DNA from: Candidatus Poribacteria bacterium
Lineage (GTDB): Bacteria; Poribacteria; WGA-4E; JAJDTR01
Direction of reading: 5' to 3'
DNA: 64,000 nt
NCBI GenBank assembly: GCA_965197465.1
Contig: OZ240209.1
Span: 948,713-1,012,712 of the forward strand
A program made the translations under genes and the position numbers. Below, one piece after another: positions 53,647 to 62,654 of this stretch (position 1 is its first letter; the number at the start of each line of letters is the position of its first letter). The notes below the pieces were generated by a model. That model was not told where the DNA came from, did not search any database, and saw only the letters and a list, made by a program, of their open reading frames with translations.

Positions 53647-55050
53647 CTAATCGGACTTCAACTTACAAAAAAGTTGTCTAATCCCTTCATGAATGCATTG
53701 TTCAACGGACGGTTGCAGATAGTATACCGCTCCATCCACATGAGCCAAGGGTGATGCCTCATACCCACCGGCTAGTCCCAAATCGTAGGCCTCCTTCGTT
53801 CCCACATAGACTCCGGTGCCATTAGTGTAGCCGAATACAAATGTATTCTTAAACGGCGAAACCTCGTCCGCGAACAATTGGTACTCCGCGAATGTGTCGA
53901 GTGGTAGCGTGAGGATACACAGCTCATCGCCAACGGCAAACGCGCGCATGGGGAATGGAAGGTATTCAGGCTGACCTGCCTCGTCAACATCTAGCAGTGC
54001 CGAAATAGCCTCATCTTGTGGATTCTGACGCAACCACTCCTTGCACTCTGTCTCCGGCGGAACACGGAGTGGCAAGGACAGTTTCAGTGATTGGGCTCTA
54101 AGCAAAGCCGGAGCAACATCCACAGCGTCGGTTAGCGCACGGTTCGCGGCAGCACCCAGTGACAGGCCAGCGATGTCTGCCGCTCCAAGACCACCGCGCA
54201 GCGGATTACCGTTGATGTTACCGGCACAGCCCTGTGCAAACATCAACAATCCCGCAGGTTCATCCCCCACAGTGAGCAGATTCCGCAGATGTTTGACAGC
54301 GTAACCCGGGTAATCCGGACCGATGTGGGTGTCCGCCTTGTTCGGCCAATCTTGAAAGTGAACAATGACCGGGTGTGCGGCGTGCGAAAAAAGCACAGTG
54401 ATTCGCTCGCTGTCCTCATCGTAAACGCCGAGAACGTCAACCCAAGGCACAACTGCACCTTTGGGATTGGGCGCCATGACAATCCGACCGTTCTTCATCA
54501 GCCGGCGATTATACGCTATCATGACAGGCTGTCTGCCCGCGCGCAAGGTGGCAGGCTGAAGTTCGTTATTTGCGCGTTTTACGACTTCGACGATATGACA
54601 ATAAAACCACTTCGCGTAAGAATCTAGGTTCAGCTCCTTGACACTGTCTCCCAACCATTCATCGTATAGGATTCCCCTCTCGTGTACTGTCGAAATCTGT
54701 TGATTCTTCTTCCACTGTTGGTCGTCCGGCCACGGTGCATTGTGCGTATGGCTACAGTTTATTGCAACGTTCCCCTCGGAGATACCGGTTGCCCTGTTGA
54801 TTCCTCTGAGCAACATGTCCACATGGCACCAGTCACTGATGCCGCCGCTGTCGATCGTGACTATGGCTAGACGTGTCGTACCATCGCTCAATACCAACGC
54901 GCGAGCATAGAGATCGTCGTAGATCTGCGGTCCATCCATTGCTGGGGTGACAACCGTCTCCGCAGTCCCAGCCGTCAGTACCGCGTTACCATTAGACGCT
55001 ACACCGTTAATCAATGAGCATGCTGTTAGCAGCAGAAATGAGGTGTTCAT
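53647..55050 (-). CDS. Neutral/alkaline ceramidase-like N-terminal domain protein (secreted hydrolase)
   Basis: 467-aa ORF with a signal-like N-terminus. GTAETVVTP...DDLYARALVLSDGTTRLAIVTIDSGG...INCSHTHNAPW resembles the ceramidase_alk N-domain pattern. Confidence 0.5.
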   Translation of the reverse strand: MNTSFLLLTACSLINGVASNGNAVLTAGTAETVVTPAMDGPQIYDDLYARALVLSDGTTRLAIVTIDSGGISDWCHVDMLLRGINRATGISEGNVAINCSHTHNAPWPDDQQWKKNQQISTVHERGILYDEWLGDSVKELNLDSYAKWFYCHIVEVVKRANNELQPATLRAGRQPVMIAYNRRLMKNGRIVMAPNPKGAVVPWVDVLGVYDEDSERITVLFSHAAHPVIVHFQDWPNKADTHIGPDYPGYAVKHLRNLLTVGDEPAGLLMFAQGCAGNINGNPLRGGLGAADIAGLSLGAAANRALTDAVDVAPALLRAQSLKLSLPLRVPPETECKEWLRQNPQDEAISALLDVDEAGQPEYLPFPMRAFAVGDELCILTLPLDTFAEYQLFADEVSPFKNTFVFGYTNGTGVYVGTKEAYDLGLAGGYEASPLAHVDGAVYYLQPSVEQCIHEGIRQLFCKLKSD

Positions 55051-55147
55051 TGCTATCTGACCTACTAAAAACCCATAGGACTCATGTAAAACGCTGCAGA
55101 GATGATTTTCTGCGATAATCTTGTAGGGCTCTTGTAGGGAATAACGA

Positions 55148-55225
55148 GGGATCTCTATCGATCAAGGAAGCGAACAGCGACTGCGATAGAAAATCTTACT
55201 CACTATCCGTTCGCTTGATTCCTAC
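55148..55225. repeat. Composite of sub-repeat units (one forward fragment, one reverse unit, one partial)
   Basis: The sequence is gggatctctatcg + atcaaggaagcgaacagcgactgcgatagaaaatc (reverse unit) + ..ctatccgttcgcttgattcctac. Confidence 0.55.
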
Positions 55226-55395
55226 AATCTGAACTATGTTGGTTCTAACCCAGTGAGAGATGGCCTTTCAATACAACCAAAGATTCGATGTGCAACAACC
55301 TACACCATTTCGCATGAATAATGTTGCATATAATGTTTTTCAATCTTACATCTATGGAAACACCGATACGAACCATTACCTCGCACACCAAGCCC

Positions 55396-55418
55396 GTAGG
55401 CGGGGCATCTTGCCCCGC
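55396..55418 (+). repeat. REP-like element (GTAG head plus 8-bp-stem palindrome)
   Basis: The sequence is GTAG-GCGGGGCA-tct-TGCCCCGC. It lies 3' of the VOC gene. Confidence 0.55.
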
Positions 55419-55523
55419 TTAGGAAAAACTTGATTGACGCTAATTAATGCACTGCAAATATAGAGAAATGGTATTATAACAACGGTTCGGGCATGGCGGG
55501 GTGCATTATCCACGCCGCTTGCA

Positions 55524-55907
55524 CTAAGATTCACTCCGTTGGCCAATACAGTAACATAAACCGTCGGGCGCGATGATGAAGAATAGAATATAAGGCTCAT
55601 CAACTTGGTAGTCTGCCTCTTCTCTGTCTAAGCCGTTAGCTTTCAATTCGCTGAAGGCAAGCTCTACATCATCGACTTCAAAGAAACAACCGTCCTGCGT
55701 GGGATCGCCGCCATTCTCCGCTAAGCCAATCTGAACCTCGTCTCTCGACAATACGGCAGACTTGTGAGGGGCATCCTGCCTTGCCTTCACCTTGAATCCC
55801 ATGACGGTTTCGTAAAAAGGTATCGCCTGATTCAAATCTTCAACAGGAAGGTCCATCGCATCGTCCTGATATGGGCTTGCCTTCATGAAGATAGCCTTGG
55901 TATTCAT
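55524..55907 (-). CDS. VOC (glyoxalase/bleomycin-resistance/dioxygenase) family protein
   Basis: 127-aa ORF. The segments AIPFYETVMGFKV..., ...VQIGLAENGGDP... and FFEVDDVELAFSELKANG fit a paired beta-alpha-beta-beta-beta pattern. Confidence 0.7.
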   Translation of the reverse strand: MNTKAIFMKASPYQDDAMDLPVEDLNQAIPFYETVMGFKVKARQDAPHKSAVLSRDEVQIGLAENGGDPTQDGCFFEVDDVELAFSELKANGLDREEADYQVDEPYILFFIIAPDGLCYCIGQRSES

Positions 55908-56075
55908 GTGACATTCCTTTCCTCCCCGATAGTAGTGATAAGGGAGGTCATTGGACTTTGCACAGTTGCATGTTCTTTATGCGATGTAACGAGCGAGTTT
56001 CTTGCGACGTTACACACGAAGCCACCGACGTTATTCAATCGGGATTCTCGACAACTGAATAATACAACATCAAAA

Positions 56076-57146
56076 TTAGTCCAAGCAAATCCCCTGTGCA
56101 GCAACATTTGCCCCCACCACCGGCTTTGCCTTGCCTATCCCATTGTGTACAATACTGAACAAATCCGTGTTATCCATTACGCCACAGACTCGTTGTGCAT
56201 TGCACCCCCAACTGTAGACAGGGACATTCGTACTTGTATGTCCGCCGGTGGACCAAGAAACGGTTGGAAAATTGCCCACCCCATTGTTCTCCAGAACCTG
56301 CAAACCACCGGTTTCGTGGTCGGCAGTGACAATGATAAGCGTATCGTCTCGTCCCTCGCTCCAGTCCATAACAACTCTCAAAGTGTTGGAAAACTCAATT
56401 GTCTCGCAGACATTGCGCTCAATGTCGTTAGAATGTCCCGCGTGATCTATCCTGCCTCCTTCAATCATCAGAAAAAAACCGGCCGGATCCCTAGCTAGTA
56501 TTTCCAAAGCAGTTTTCACCATTTCTGAAAGGTGAGGGAGATCGCCAAGCCCATCATACTCGTAAGGGAGGTTCGTGTCCCCAAACTGACCGGAAATTCG
56601 CGAAAGGTTTTCCGTATTTAGTGTTAGCAAGCCCTGCCGATCAGTAACAACCGTGTAGTTCGCTGCTTCCGCTGCGGCGGCAGAGATGCCGTTGCCACCA
56701 CCGCCAAACAACACATTCGGTTCGGTATAGTTCAGGTAATCGTCGGCAATCTCCGCAAGATTGCTGCGCGCGGGGTTATGGGCACCAAACGCTGCCGGCG
56801 TTGCGTGAGTAATGAACGTCGTGGAAACCAATCCTGTACGCTTGCCTTGGTCCCTGAAATATTCTAGGAGCGTGTACAACTCGCGCCCGTCGCCGGGTAA
56901 TGCGGTGCTGAGGACGCCGTTGTTGACCTTGAACCCGGTTGCCATAGCAGTTGCGGCGGCGGCGGAGTCGGTCATTGACGAGTCCGCCGAGTGCGTTGTC
57001 ACTTCGCCTTGGTAAGGGAATGCTTCAAATGACAGTGTGCCCGCCTCGCCGTGCGCGTACATTCCGGCGGCCTTCACCTTCTCAAAGCCCATCCCGTCGC
57101 CGATGCAAAAGATAACATTTTTGAGCAAATTCGGCTCGTTGTCCAT
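56076..57146 (-). CDS. Alkaline phosphatase (PhoA family)
   Basis: 356-aa ORF. Motifs are IFCIGDGMG, the nucleophile context MTDSAAAATAMATGFKVNNG, DHAGH and TADHETGG. No signal peptide is present in the annotated ORF. Confidence 0.8.
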   Translation of the reverse strand: MDNEPNLLKNVIFCIGDGMGFEKVKAAGMYAHGEAGTLSFEAFPYQGEVTTHSADSSMTDSAAAATAMATGFKVNNGVLSTALPGDGRELYTLLEYFRDQGKRTGLVSTTFITHATPAAFGAHNPARSNLAEIADDYLNYTEPNVLFGGGGNGISAAAAEAANYTVVTDRQGLLTLNTENLSRISGQFGDTNLPYEYDGLGDLPHLSEMVKTALEILARDPAGFFLMIEGGRIDHAGHSNDIERNVCETIEFSNTLRVVMDWSEGRDDTLIIVTADHETGGLQVLENNGVGNFPTVSWSTGGHTSTNVPVYSWGCNAQRVCGVMDNTDLFSIVHNGIGKAKPVVGANVAAQGICLD

Positions 57147-57229
57147 TCGTTTTCCTTTCTAACCTATTGGCTCCACTTACAAATCGTTTAACAGTTCAGT
57201 ACTCACCCCAACTCTTTCCCGCGGGGAAT

Positions 57230-58108
57230 CTAACCGGAGGCATACGGTTCTAATCGGACAAGTCGCGAGGCGCCATCAAAGCCCGCATTGGTTACGTATT
57301 GAAATCGTCCCGCACGATAAGCGTCGGTGTGTGGGAAATGGACGTGCCCGCAAAATATCGCGGCTATGTTATGAGACGCACCCTCCGTCAAAAACCTGTG
57401 GAATGCCAGTGTCATTTCATTTGGGAGTAATTCCGACTTGGCTGTCCTCGTTTCCTCCGTCCAACCCTCACTAGCCGCCATCATGAGAGGGGTCTTCCAT
57501 CGTTCAAGCACAGGAAACAAGAGTGAACGAATAAAAATGGGAATGTGAATAAACAACAAGCAGGGGGCGCCTGTTGCTAATTGATCCTCAAGAAAACGTA
57601 CCTGCACCACCGAGATTTGGTAGTTGCTGTTATCAAGCGCGATTAGCTTGACCCCGCCAATCTCTTTCACCTGGCATCGCGGATCTCCATCAATCAGCCC
57701 GGCAAAGCGCGGATAGTACTCGTCTCGGGTCGCATCGTTCCATTGAAGAAATGGAAATTGCCAGTCATGATTTCCTAACGTATAGAGATACGGCGCAGAA
57801 AGCGTTTCCACGCCGTCGGCAATCGCATCAATTGCCGCCCAAGAGGGAAAATTGGTAATGTCACCAGTCAAGATTGTTGCGTCAACCTCCAACGCATTGC
57901 TTCGGGCAAGTGCCTCAATGAAGCGTTCGTGCGACTCCGGGCGCTTCGCCTTTCCCACTTTTATCAACTCTAACGCTTCAGGATCGCGGTCATCAGCGAG
58001 GTTCAAATGCGAGTCGGTAATGTGCATTAGCGTTACCGACCGATGCATTCCCTCAATCTGAATTACTGTTTCAGTCGGGTGCTCCGGATGAAGATGATAT
58101 ATTTTCAT
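57230..58108 (-). CDS. Metallophosphoesterase family protein
   Basis: 292-aa ORF. Motifs are MHITDSHL, ILTGDITN, GNHD and CGHVHFPH. Confidence 0.75.
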   Translation of the reverse strand: MKIYHLHPEHPTETVIQIEGMHRSVTLMHITDSHLNLADDRDPEALELIKVGKAKRPESHERFIEALARSNALEVDATILTGDITNFPSWAAIDAIADGVETLSAPYLYTLGNHDWQFPFLQWNDATRDEYYPRFAGLIDGDPRCQVKEIGGVKLIALDNSNYQISVVQVRFLEDQLATGAPCLLFIHIPIFIRSLLFPVLERWKTPLMMAASEGWTEETRTAKSELLPNEMTLAFHRFLTEGASHNIAAIFCGHVHFPHTDAYRAGRFQYVTNAGFDGASRLVRLEPYASG

Positions 58109-58638
58109 GAGTGGCGAATTCCTTAAACTAACCGATTACTTCGTTAATTTGCCCCATTTCGACTTGGCCTCACCGCTCCCGTCAACGATGATTATAGAGC
58201 GAATATGTTACAGAATAATGGCATTATCATACCTTTCTTGTGTCAGAAGGCTTTGATATTACGGAATGCGGTTATCAACTATTGATTGAAAAGATGCGAT
58301 TCGCTTGGAAACGGGAAATTCGCGTTGACCGGACAACGAATACCAGCTAAAATAGGTTTATATCGTGCTCGTTAGCCAAAGCCGTTGATTGGGCGCGGCG
58401 CTCGATTCTCGTACGAATCACCAAATGGTTAACCGCGATTGATGTTTTCGTGATGCTAAAGATATCATAACAGGACTCACGCAAGTTGCCCCGATTCATA
58501 GAAAAGGATAAGGGTATAAAGTAATGCGTAATACGCACTACGCATAATGAATCGCCAGATCTTGAGATTATGAGGCGTTCGACAGCGTAAGTCCTAATAA
58601 GATAAGGCGAGTACGCCTCGGCACGGTCCCACCACAAT

Positions 58639-59889
58639 TTGACGACACACATGCACGGAGTCGCATCCTACCTACATCTACTGAAGAATTCCAGCCGCAA
58701 CGCCCGCCTATACTTTATCACCGCTAGTTTAATCGGCTTCACGCTTGAAGGAGTGCATGCCCTCTTATTCAACCTGTATCTACTGCGATTAGGTTACGGT
58801 CCAGAATTCATCGGTCTAGTCAATGGGATTGGCATGTGCGCATTCGCTATCTCTAGTTTACCCGCCGGTAGGCTGACCCAACGTTGGGGCTGCCGCCGAA
58901 CTATGCTCCTGGGATTAGTCTTGGCCCTAGTAGGGTATGGTCTACTGCTTTTGGTAGAATTTAAACCCGGGATAGGGCGGAGTATTTGGTTGGTAGCTAC
59001 CTATGTCGTCGTTACTGTTGGTGCGGCGTTATATTTTGTCAACACTGCCCCGTTCTTGATGAACGCCACCGGTGGAAAGGAACGCAATCATGTCTTTTCG
59101 GTCTATGCCGCGATCGGATCGCTGGCAGGTTTTACAGGTAACTTGGCAGGCGGCATACTTCCAGCGTTTCTCAGTCTAATTCTAGGAGAGCCGCTATCAC
59201 AGCCCGCGCCCTATCGTTGGGCATTGTTGATTGCCACGCTACTGCTGCTACCTGCTGTATTCATCGTGCGTGCCACTACATCCGACTCTCCTCCGAAACG
59301 AACATCCGGCAAACATTTCGAGGGTGGCTCATCTCGCTTTTCCCTGATTCTTCTACTGAGTTTCATAAGGATGCTGACAATCACCAGTTTTGCGGTAGTA
59401 CACTTTTTCTTTAACGTCTACTTGGACGCAGGATTGAATGTCTCAATCGCCCAGATCAGTGTCGTATTGGCTATTGGTAGACTCCTCGCTGTGCCGGCAG
59501 CATTGGTTATACCTTTACTTACGACGCGCTGGGGAAATGGAGGTGCTTCGCTCTGGTCGTCGTTGGGATCAGCGATTAGTCTCATTCCCTTGGCGCTTAT
59601 TCCCCATTGGGGTGCTGCGAGTCTGGGATTTGTTGCCGTTATGGCGTTGGCGTCAATTCGGTATCCGACGTTCATGATTTATACGATGGAAGTGGTGTCT
59701 CCGGAACAACGCGGCATTGCGTCCGGCGCCGGGGAGATGGCAGTAGGGGTTAGTTTTGCATTTATGGCGCTGAGTGGTGGCTATCTCATTACATCGCTGG
59801 GTTACCACAGTCTGTTCCTAACGGGAGCGATTCTCACAGGCATCGGCACACTCATATTCCGGCTCAATTTCAGAAATCGGGGACGGTAA
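58639..59889 (+). CDS. MFS transporter
   Basis: 416-aa ORF with about 12 hydrophobic segments. It has an MFS loop motif GRLTQRWGCRRTML. Confidence 0.8.
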   Translation: MTTHMHGVASYLHLLKNSSRNARLYFITASLIGFTLEGVHALLFNLYLLRLGYGPEFIGLVNGIGMCAFAISSLPAGRLTQRWGCRRTMLLGLVLALVGYGLLLLVEFKPGIGRSIWLVATYVVVTVGAALYFVNTAPFLMNATGGKERNHVFSVYAAIGSLAGFTGNLAGGILPAFLSLILGEPLSQPAPYRWALLIATLLLLPAVFIVRATTSDSPPKRTSGKHFEGGSSRFSLILLLSFIRMLTITSFAVVHFFFNVYLDAGLNVSIAQISVVLAIGRLLAVPAALVIPLLTTRWGNGGASLWSSLGSAISLIPLALIPHWGAASLGFVAVMALASIRYPTFMIYTMEVVSPEQRGIASGAGEMAVGVSFAFMALSGGYLITSLGYHSLFLTGAILTGIGTLIFRLNFRNRGR

Positions 59890-59959
59890 ACTGCACTTGA
59901 CAAATTGTCTAAAACTCGCCACGTAACCGATTTTCTTCCGGTAGATTCCACTCTTTTTG

Positions 59960-60316
59960 CTAGCTCAGGTGCAGGACGATTTCGTCGCCTTCGACAGTAA
60001 CAGGGCAAGTTTTGGCTCGCAGATGTGAGTCATAAAGCGCCTTACCCGTCCTCAGGTCAAACTCCCACTGATGCCATGGACACTTGAGAACTTCGCTGTC
60101 GCCTTCATGGTCAAGTTGATACACGTCGGGTGAAATTACATGGGGTCGAAGCCGTCCTAGGCAAAGAGGACCACCTTTGTGTGGACAGAGGTTCTTGAGA
60201 GCGTAAAAACGACCTTTAACGTTAAACACGCCAATCCCACTTTTACCTCCGACCAGTACGAGTTTTCTCTCGCCAGGAGGCAATTCCTTCACTTTTCCAA
60301 CCACATGACGCTGCAT
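59960..60316 (-). CDS. Rieske [2Fe-2S] domain protein (ferredoxin component type)
   Basis: 118-aa ORF. CPHKGGPL and CPWHQWEF are the two Rieske cluster-binding boxes. It starts 15 nt after the stop of the AAA+ gene. Confidence 0.85.
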   Translation of the reverse strand: MQRHVVGKVKELPPGERKLVLVGGKSGIGVFNVKGRFYALKNLCPHKGGPLCLGRLRPHVISPDVYQLDHEGDSEVLKCPWHQWEFDLRTGKALYDSHLRAKTCPVTVEGDEIVLHLS

Positions 60317-60331
60317 TGTAAATCTACCTCT

Positions 60332-61990
60332 TCAATCTATCACATCAGAAAGTTGCTTCAACTCAAACAGTGGTCCGCGTCGCAAGATATTTGACAATCG
60401 TATTGAGGTATCACCTCTCTTCGGCTCCATAGTAGTTCCTGTTTCCCTAAAAACTATATACCCTTTCTGAAAATCTAGAGTCTTAATCCGTAACTTAAAT
60501 CTTTCTGACGAAAACTGACTCAGATCTAACATGTATACTTCATATTTGCGTCCTTGCTCCCGTATGTCAGACAGGCTTGCACGAACCAAATGAATAAGCC
60601 TACCATCCATAAGTTCCCTGATTATACGATATTCATCAGGCTGATCTTCTCTGTCCCGAAAGTCGATACGGAAAAAAGTGCAACTTTTTTCCGTACAGAA
60701 TGTCCGAAGGTAATCGAGGCCTTTGATCCTATTTGACATGCCTTCATTTGAAGCACCGTCCTCCTCTAGTTCCGAGATCTTGATCTCTGCTATCTCACCA
60801 GCAGACCTTCCAACATCTTGGACACCAACAAGTCGAGCCTTTTCTCTTGTTCGTGCTTGATTTATTGCGTTGGCACTTAAAGTGAGATAGTCACGTGGCA
60901 CTGCTCCAGACGCGAGAACGAGTCGATCAAGTGCTGTAGAGGATAAAATATTTGACAGAGTTGAAATTCCAACGTGCTTTGCGTAGCTCAAAAAGACTTG
61001 CTCAAGGAAGGTTTTCGCTCGTGATGGGGTTTCCAATGTTACATCTAAATCAATGTGATCAGCATCATGCCCGGTTTGTAGACCAAGGGATGGCTTTGCT
61101 TGAAACCAGCGCGTGAGATGTCTAATTCCTGCAACTTTGAGCCACGCATCAGAATCACGCACCGCACTGTGGACTAAATCCAAGAGTTTAGGTTGTTCCA
61201 CACTTGGCAAATGATGGAGTTCATCAAGGAAGATGTAAAATTGAGTCGCATTTGTATCAGCGAATCGACGAATGACTTTTTGCATGTAGGGCACGAGCTT
61301 ACTTACTTCATTAGCGGAGATGTTTTGTTTTGCGTGTAGATTATCGGTATCGTCTCGTAATTTCGAGATTAAGTTTAAGCTTAGAGGTATGTTGTCTTTT
61401 TGTGAATAGAAAACTTGCATTTGTTCGCACACATTTAGACAAATCCACACAAATATTCTCTCAGCGGATTCTCTACTATGTGTGTGAATGTTTACCCAAG
61501 AAGTCAGACAGCCTTCACTCTCAACACGTTGTTTTGCTTCGACCATGAGTGCTGTCTTCCCCGTACCTCGCCTGCCAAAAATCAGATGATGCCGAGGTGT
61601 GATAGCTGTCAATATGTTCTGGGCTGAATCAGGAACATAAGCTAAGCTCGGCTGTGCTTCCGATGTTCGCGCTCGAGCAATTAAAAGGTTGGCGAGTTTT
61701 GTGGCTTTAAGATTCTGCACTCCATCTTTAAGACGAGTCACTACGCTTTTTGCTTCTCGTTCCAGCTTACGCACTACTACAAAACCGTTGAATCCTTTTT
61801 GGGCAAGTTCAGGATCAAGCGAATTGCCAACTATTACAGCTTTGTCGAAATCATCTTCAGTGACGTGCACAATGAAGATACTTTCCTGCGGATAGTCTTT
61901 CCTTTCGATTGACTGTATTTCAATTTCGGCTTCGGAAAATTGATTTCGAATAAGAATCTCTGTTTCCATCGGGAGTTGCAATTGTATCAT
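60332..61990 (-). CDS. AAA+ ATPase of the ORC/Cdc6 - Arch_ATPase (ATPase_2) type, with an unassigned ~110-aa N-terminal domain and ~150-aa C-terminal domain
   Basis: The track ORF runs to 62080. The internal ATG at 61990..61988 (MIQLQLPMETEIL...) overlaps the stop of the upstream HEPN-like ORF (atga, plus-strand tcat at 61987..61990) and is the likely start. Walker A is HHLIFGRRGTGKTALMVEA, Walker B is FYIFLDELHHL, and the sensor-2-like segment is SGAVPRDYLTLSANAI. Confidence 0.65.
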   Translation of the reverse strand: MIQLQLPMETEILIRNQFSEAEIEIQSIERKDYPQESIFIVHVTEDDFDKAVIVGNSLDPELAQKGFNGFVVVRKLEREAKSVVTRLKDGVQNLKATKLANLLIARARTSEAQPSLAYVPDSAQNILTAITPRHHLIFGRRGTGKTALMVEAKQRVESEGCLTSWVNIHTHSRESAERIFVWICLNVCEQMQVFYSQKDNIPLSLNLISKLRDDTDNLHAKQNISANEVSKLVPYMQKVIRRFADTNATQFYIFLDELHHLPSVEQPKLLDLVHSAVRDSDAWLKVAGIRHLTRWFQAKPSLGLQTGHDADHIDLDVTLETPSRAKTFLEQVFLSYAKHVGISTLSNILSSTALDRLVLASGAVPRDYLTLSANAINQARTREKARLVGVQDVGRSAGEIAEIKISELEEDGASNEGMSNRIKGLDYLRTFCTEKSCTFFRIDFRDREDQPDEYRIIRELMDGRLIHLVRASLSDIREQGRKYEVYMLDLSQFSSERFKLRIKTLDFQKGYIVFRETGTTMEPKRGDTSIRLSNILRRGPLFELKQLSDVID

Positions 61991-62445
61991 AATATGCACC
62001 CCTTGTTCTGTAGGTAAGTACGAGTTGTGGGCAGGAATAGGTCTGCGTACTTTTTGAGATTTAGAGCATCGGGCTTCCACGCTGTGTTCGATTTAGGATA
62101 TGGTTCATAATCCGCACGATTCCTAACATCGCGGGCGTCTTTTAATATATTCTGCCAGATGGGACCAGAGGGAAAGTCATCTGGTATATTTTGTGGAAGC
62201 TTGCTGTGCTGCTCATAATCGTCGCCCTGATGACCTACGAACACACACGCTCGCATTGCATGATACATCGAGTAATAATATCGACTGATGGCACTTCGAT
62301 AAAGGGGAGATTTAGATCTCAGCAGCTTATTTGCGTTGTGCCGGTGTTCGTAGGCAAACCGCCATCGATCAGCTGCAGCATTGTTTATCAGTTGGGATAT
62401 TGTCTGTCCTGAGTCGTTCTGGAAAGATACCCCTCTTTCCAGTCT
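61987..62445 (-). CDS. UPF0332/HEPN-domain-like protein; the reading frame is open for 152 codons but has no ATG/GTG/TTG before codon 60
   Basis: Track ORF 61987..62268 starts mid-domain (MYHAMRACVF...). By hand, the same frame is open upstream to the TGA at 62446..62448, reading ...TISQLINNAAADRWRFAYEHRHNANKLLRSKSPLYRSAISRYYYSMYHAMRACVFVGHQG..HSKL....LKDARDVRNRADYEPY.... The YYa.yHa..A and R..aDY motifs match UPF0332-type HEPN proteins. Confidence 0.5.
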   Translation of the reverse strand, partial: RLERGVSFQNDSGQTISQLINNAAADRWRFAYEHRHNANKLLRSKSPLYRSAISRYYYSMYHAMRACVFVGHQGDDYEQHSKLPQNIPDDFPSGPIWQNILKDARDVRNRADYEPYPKSNTAWKPDALNLKKYADLFLPTTRTYLQNKGCIL

Positions 62446-62510
62446 TCAATCTGTTTCTGCGTGCCTCTAGCCAAGCGATTCCGCCGATTTTCGGAAAGAA
62501 CTTGCACCAT
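62388..62510 (-). CDS. 40-codon ORF overlapping the 5' open part of the HEPN frame (possible displaced N-terminus or leader peptide)
   Basis: Hand translation gives ATG at 62510..62508 and MVQVLSENRRNRLARGTQKQIEDWKEGYLSRTTQDRQYPN, with the stop at 62388..62390. It is offset by one nucleotide from the HEPN frame and overlaps it over 62388..62445. Confidence 0.2.
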   Translation of the reverse strand: MVQVLSENRRNRLARGTQKQIEDWKEGYLSRTTQDRQYPN

Positions 62511-62654
62511 TGGAATTTTCTATCTCCGTGAGTCAGGGCAATGTTTCAAGCTGTCCACAGAAGGAACTGTGAAAAGATTGAGCGACCCCAACCTTCTTTC
62601 GACTCAGTTGGATTTCGTGCTTTGCCAACCATCTGTATTTCTCTTCGGTACGCC

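Noticed and set aside
61991-62080. The N-terminal 30 codons of the 582-aa track ORF (MEARCSKSQKVRRPIPAHNSYLPTEQGVHI)
   Set aside because: They overlap the 3' end of the HEPN-like ORF in another frame. The ATG at 61990 forms a classic ATGA stop/start overlap and is the more plausible start.
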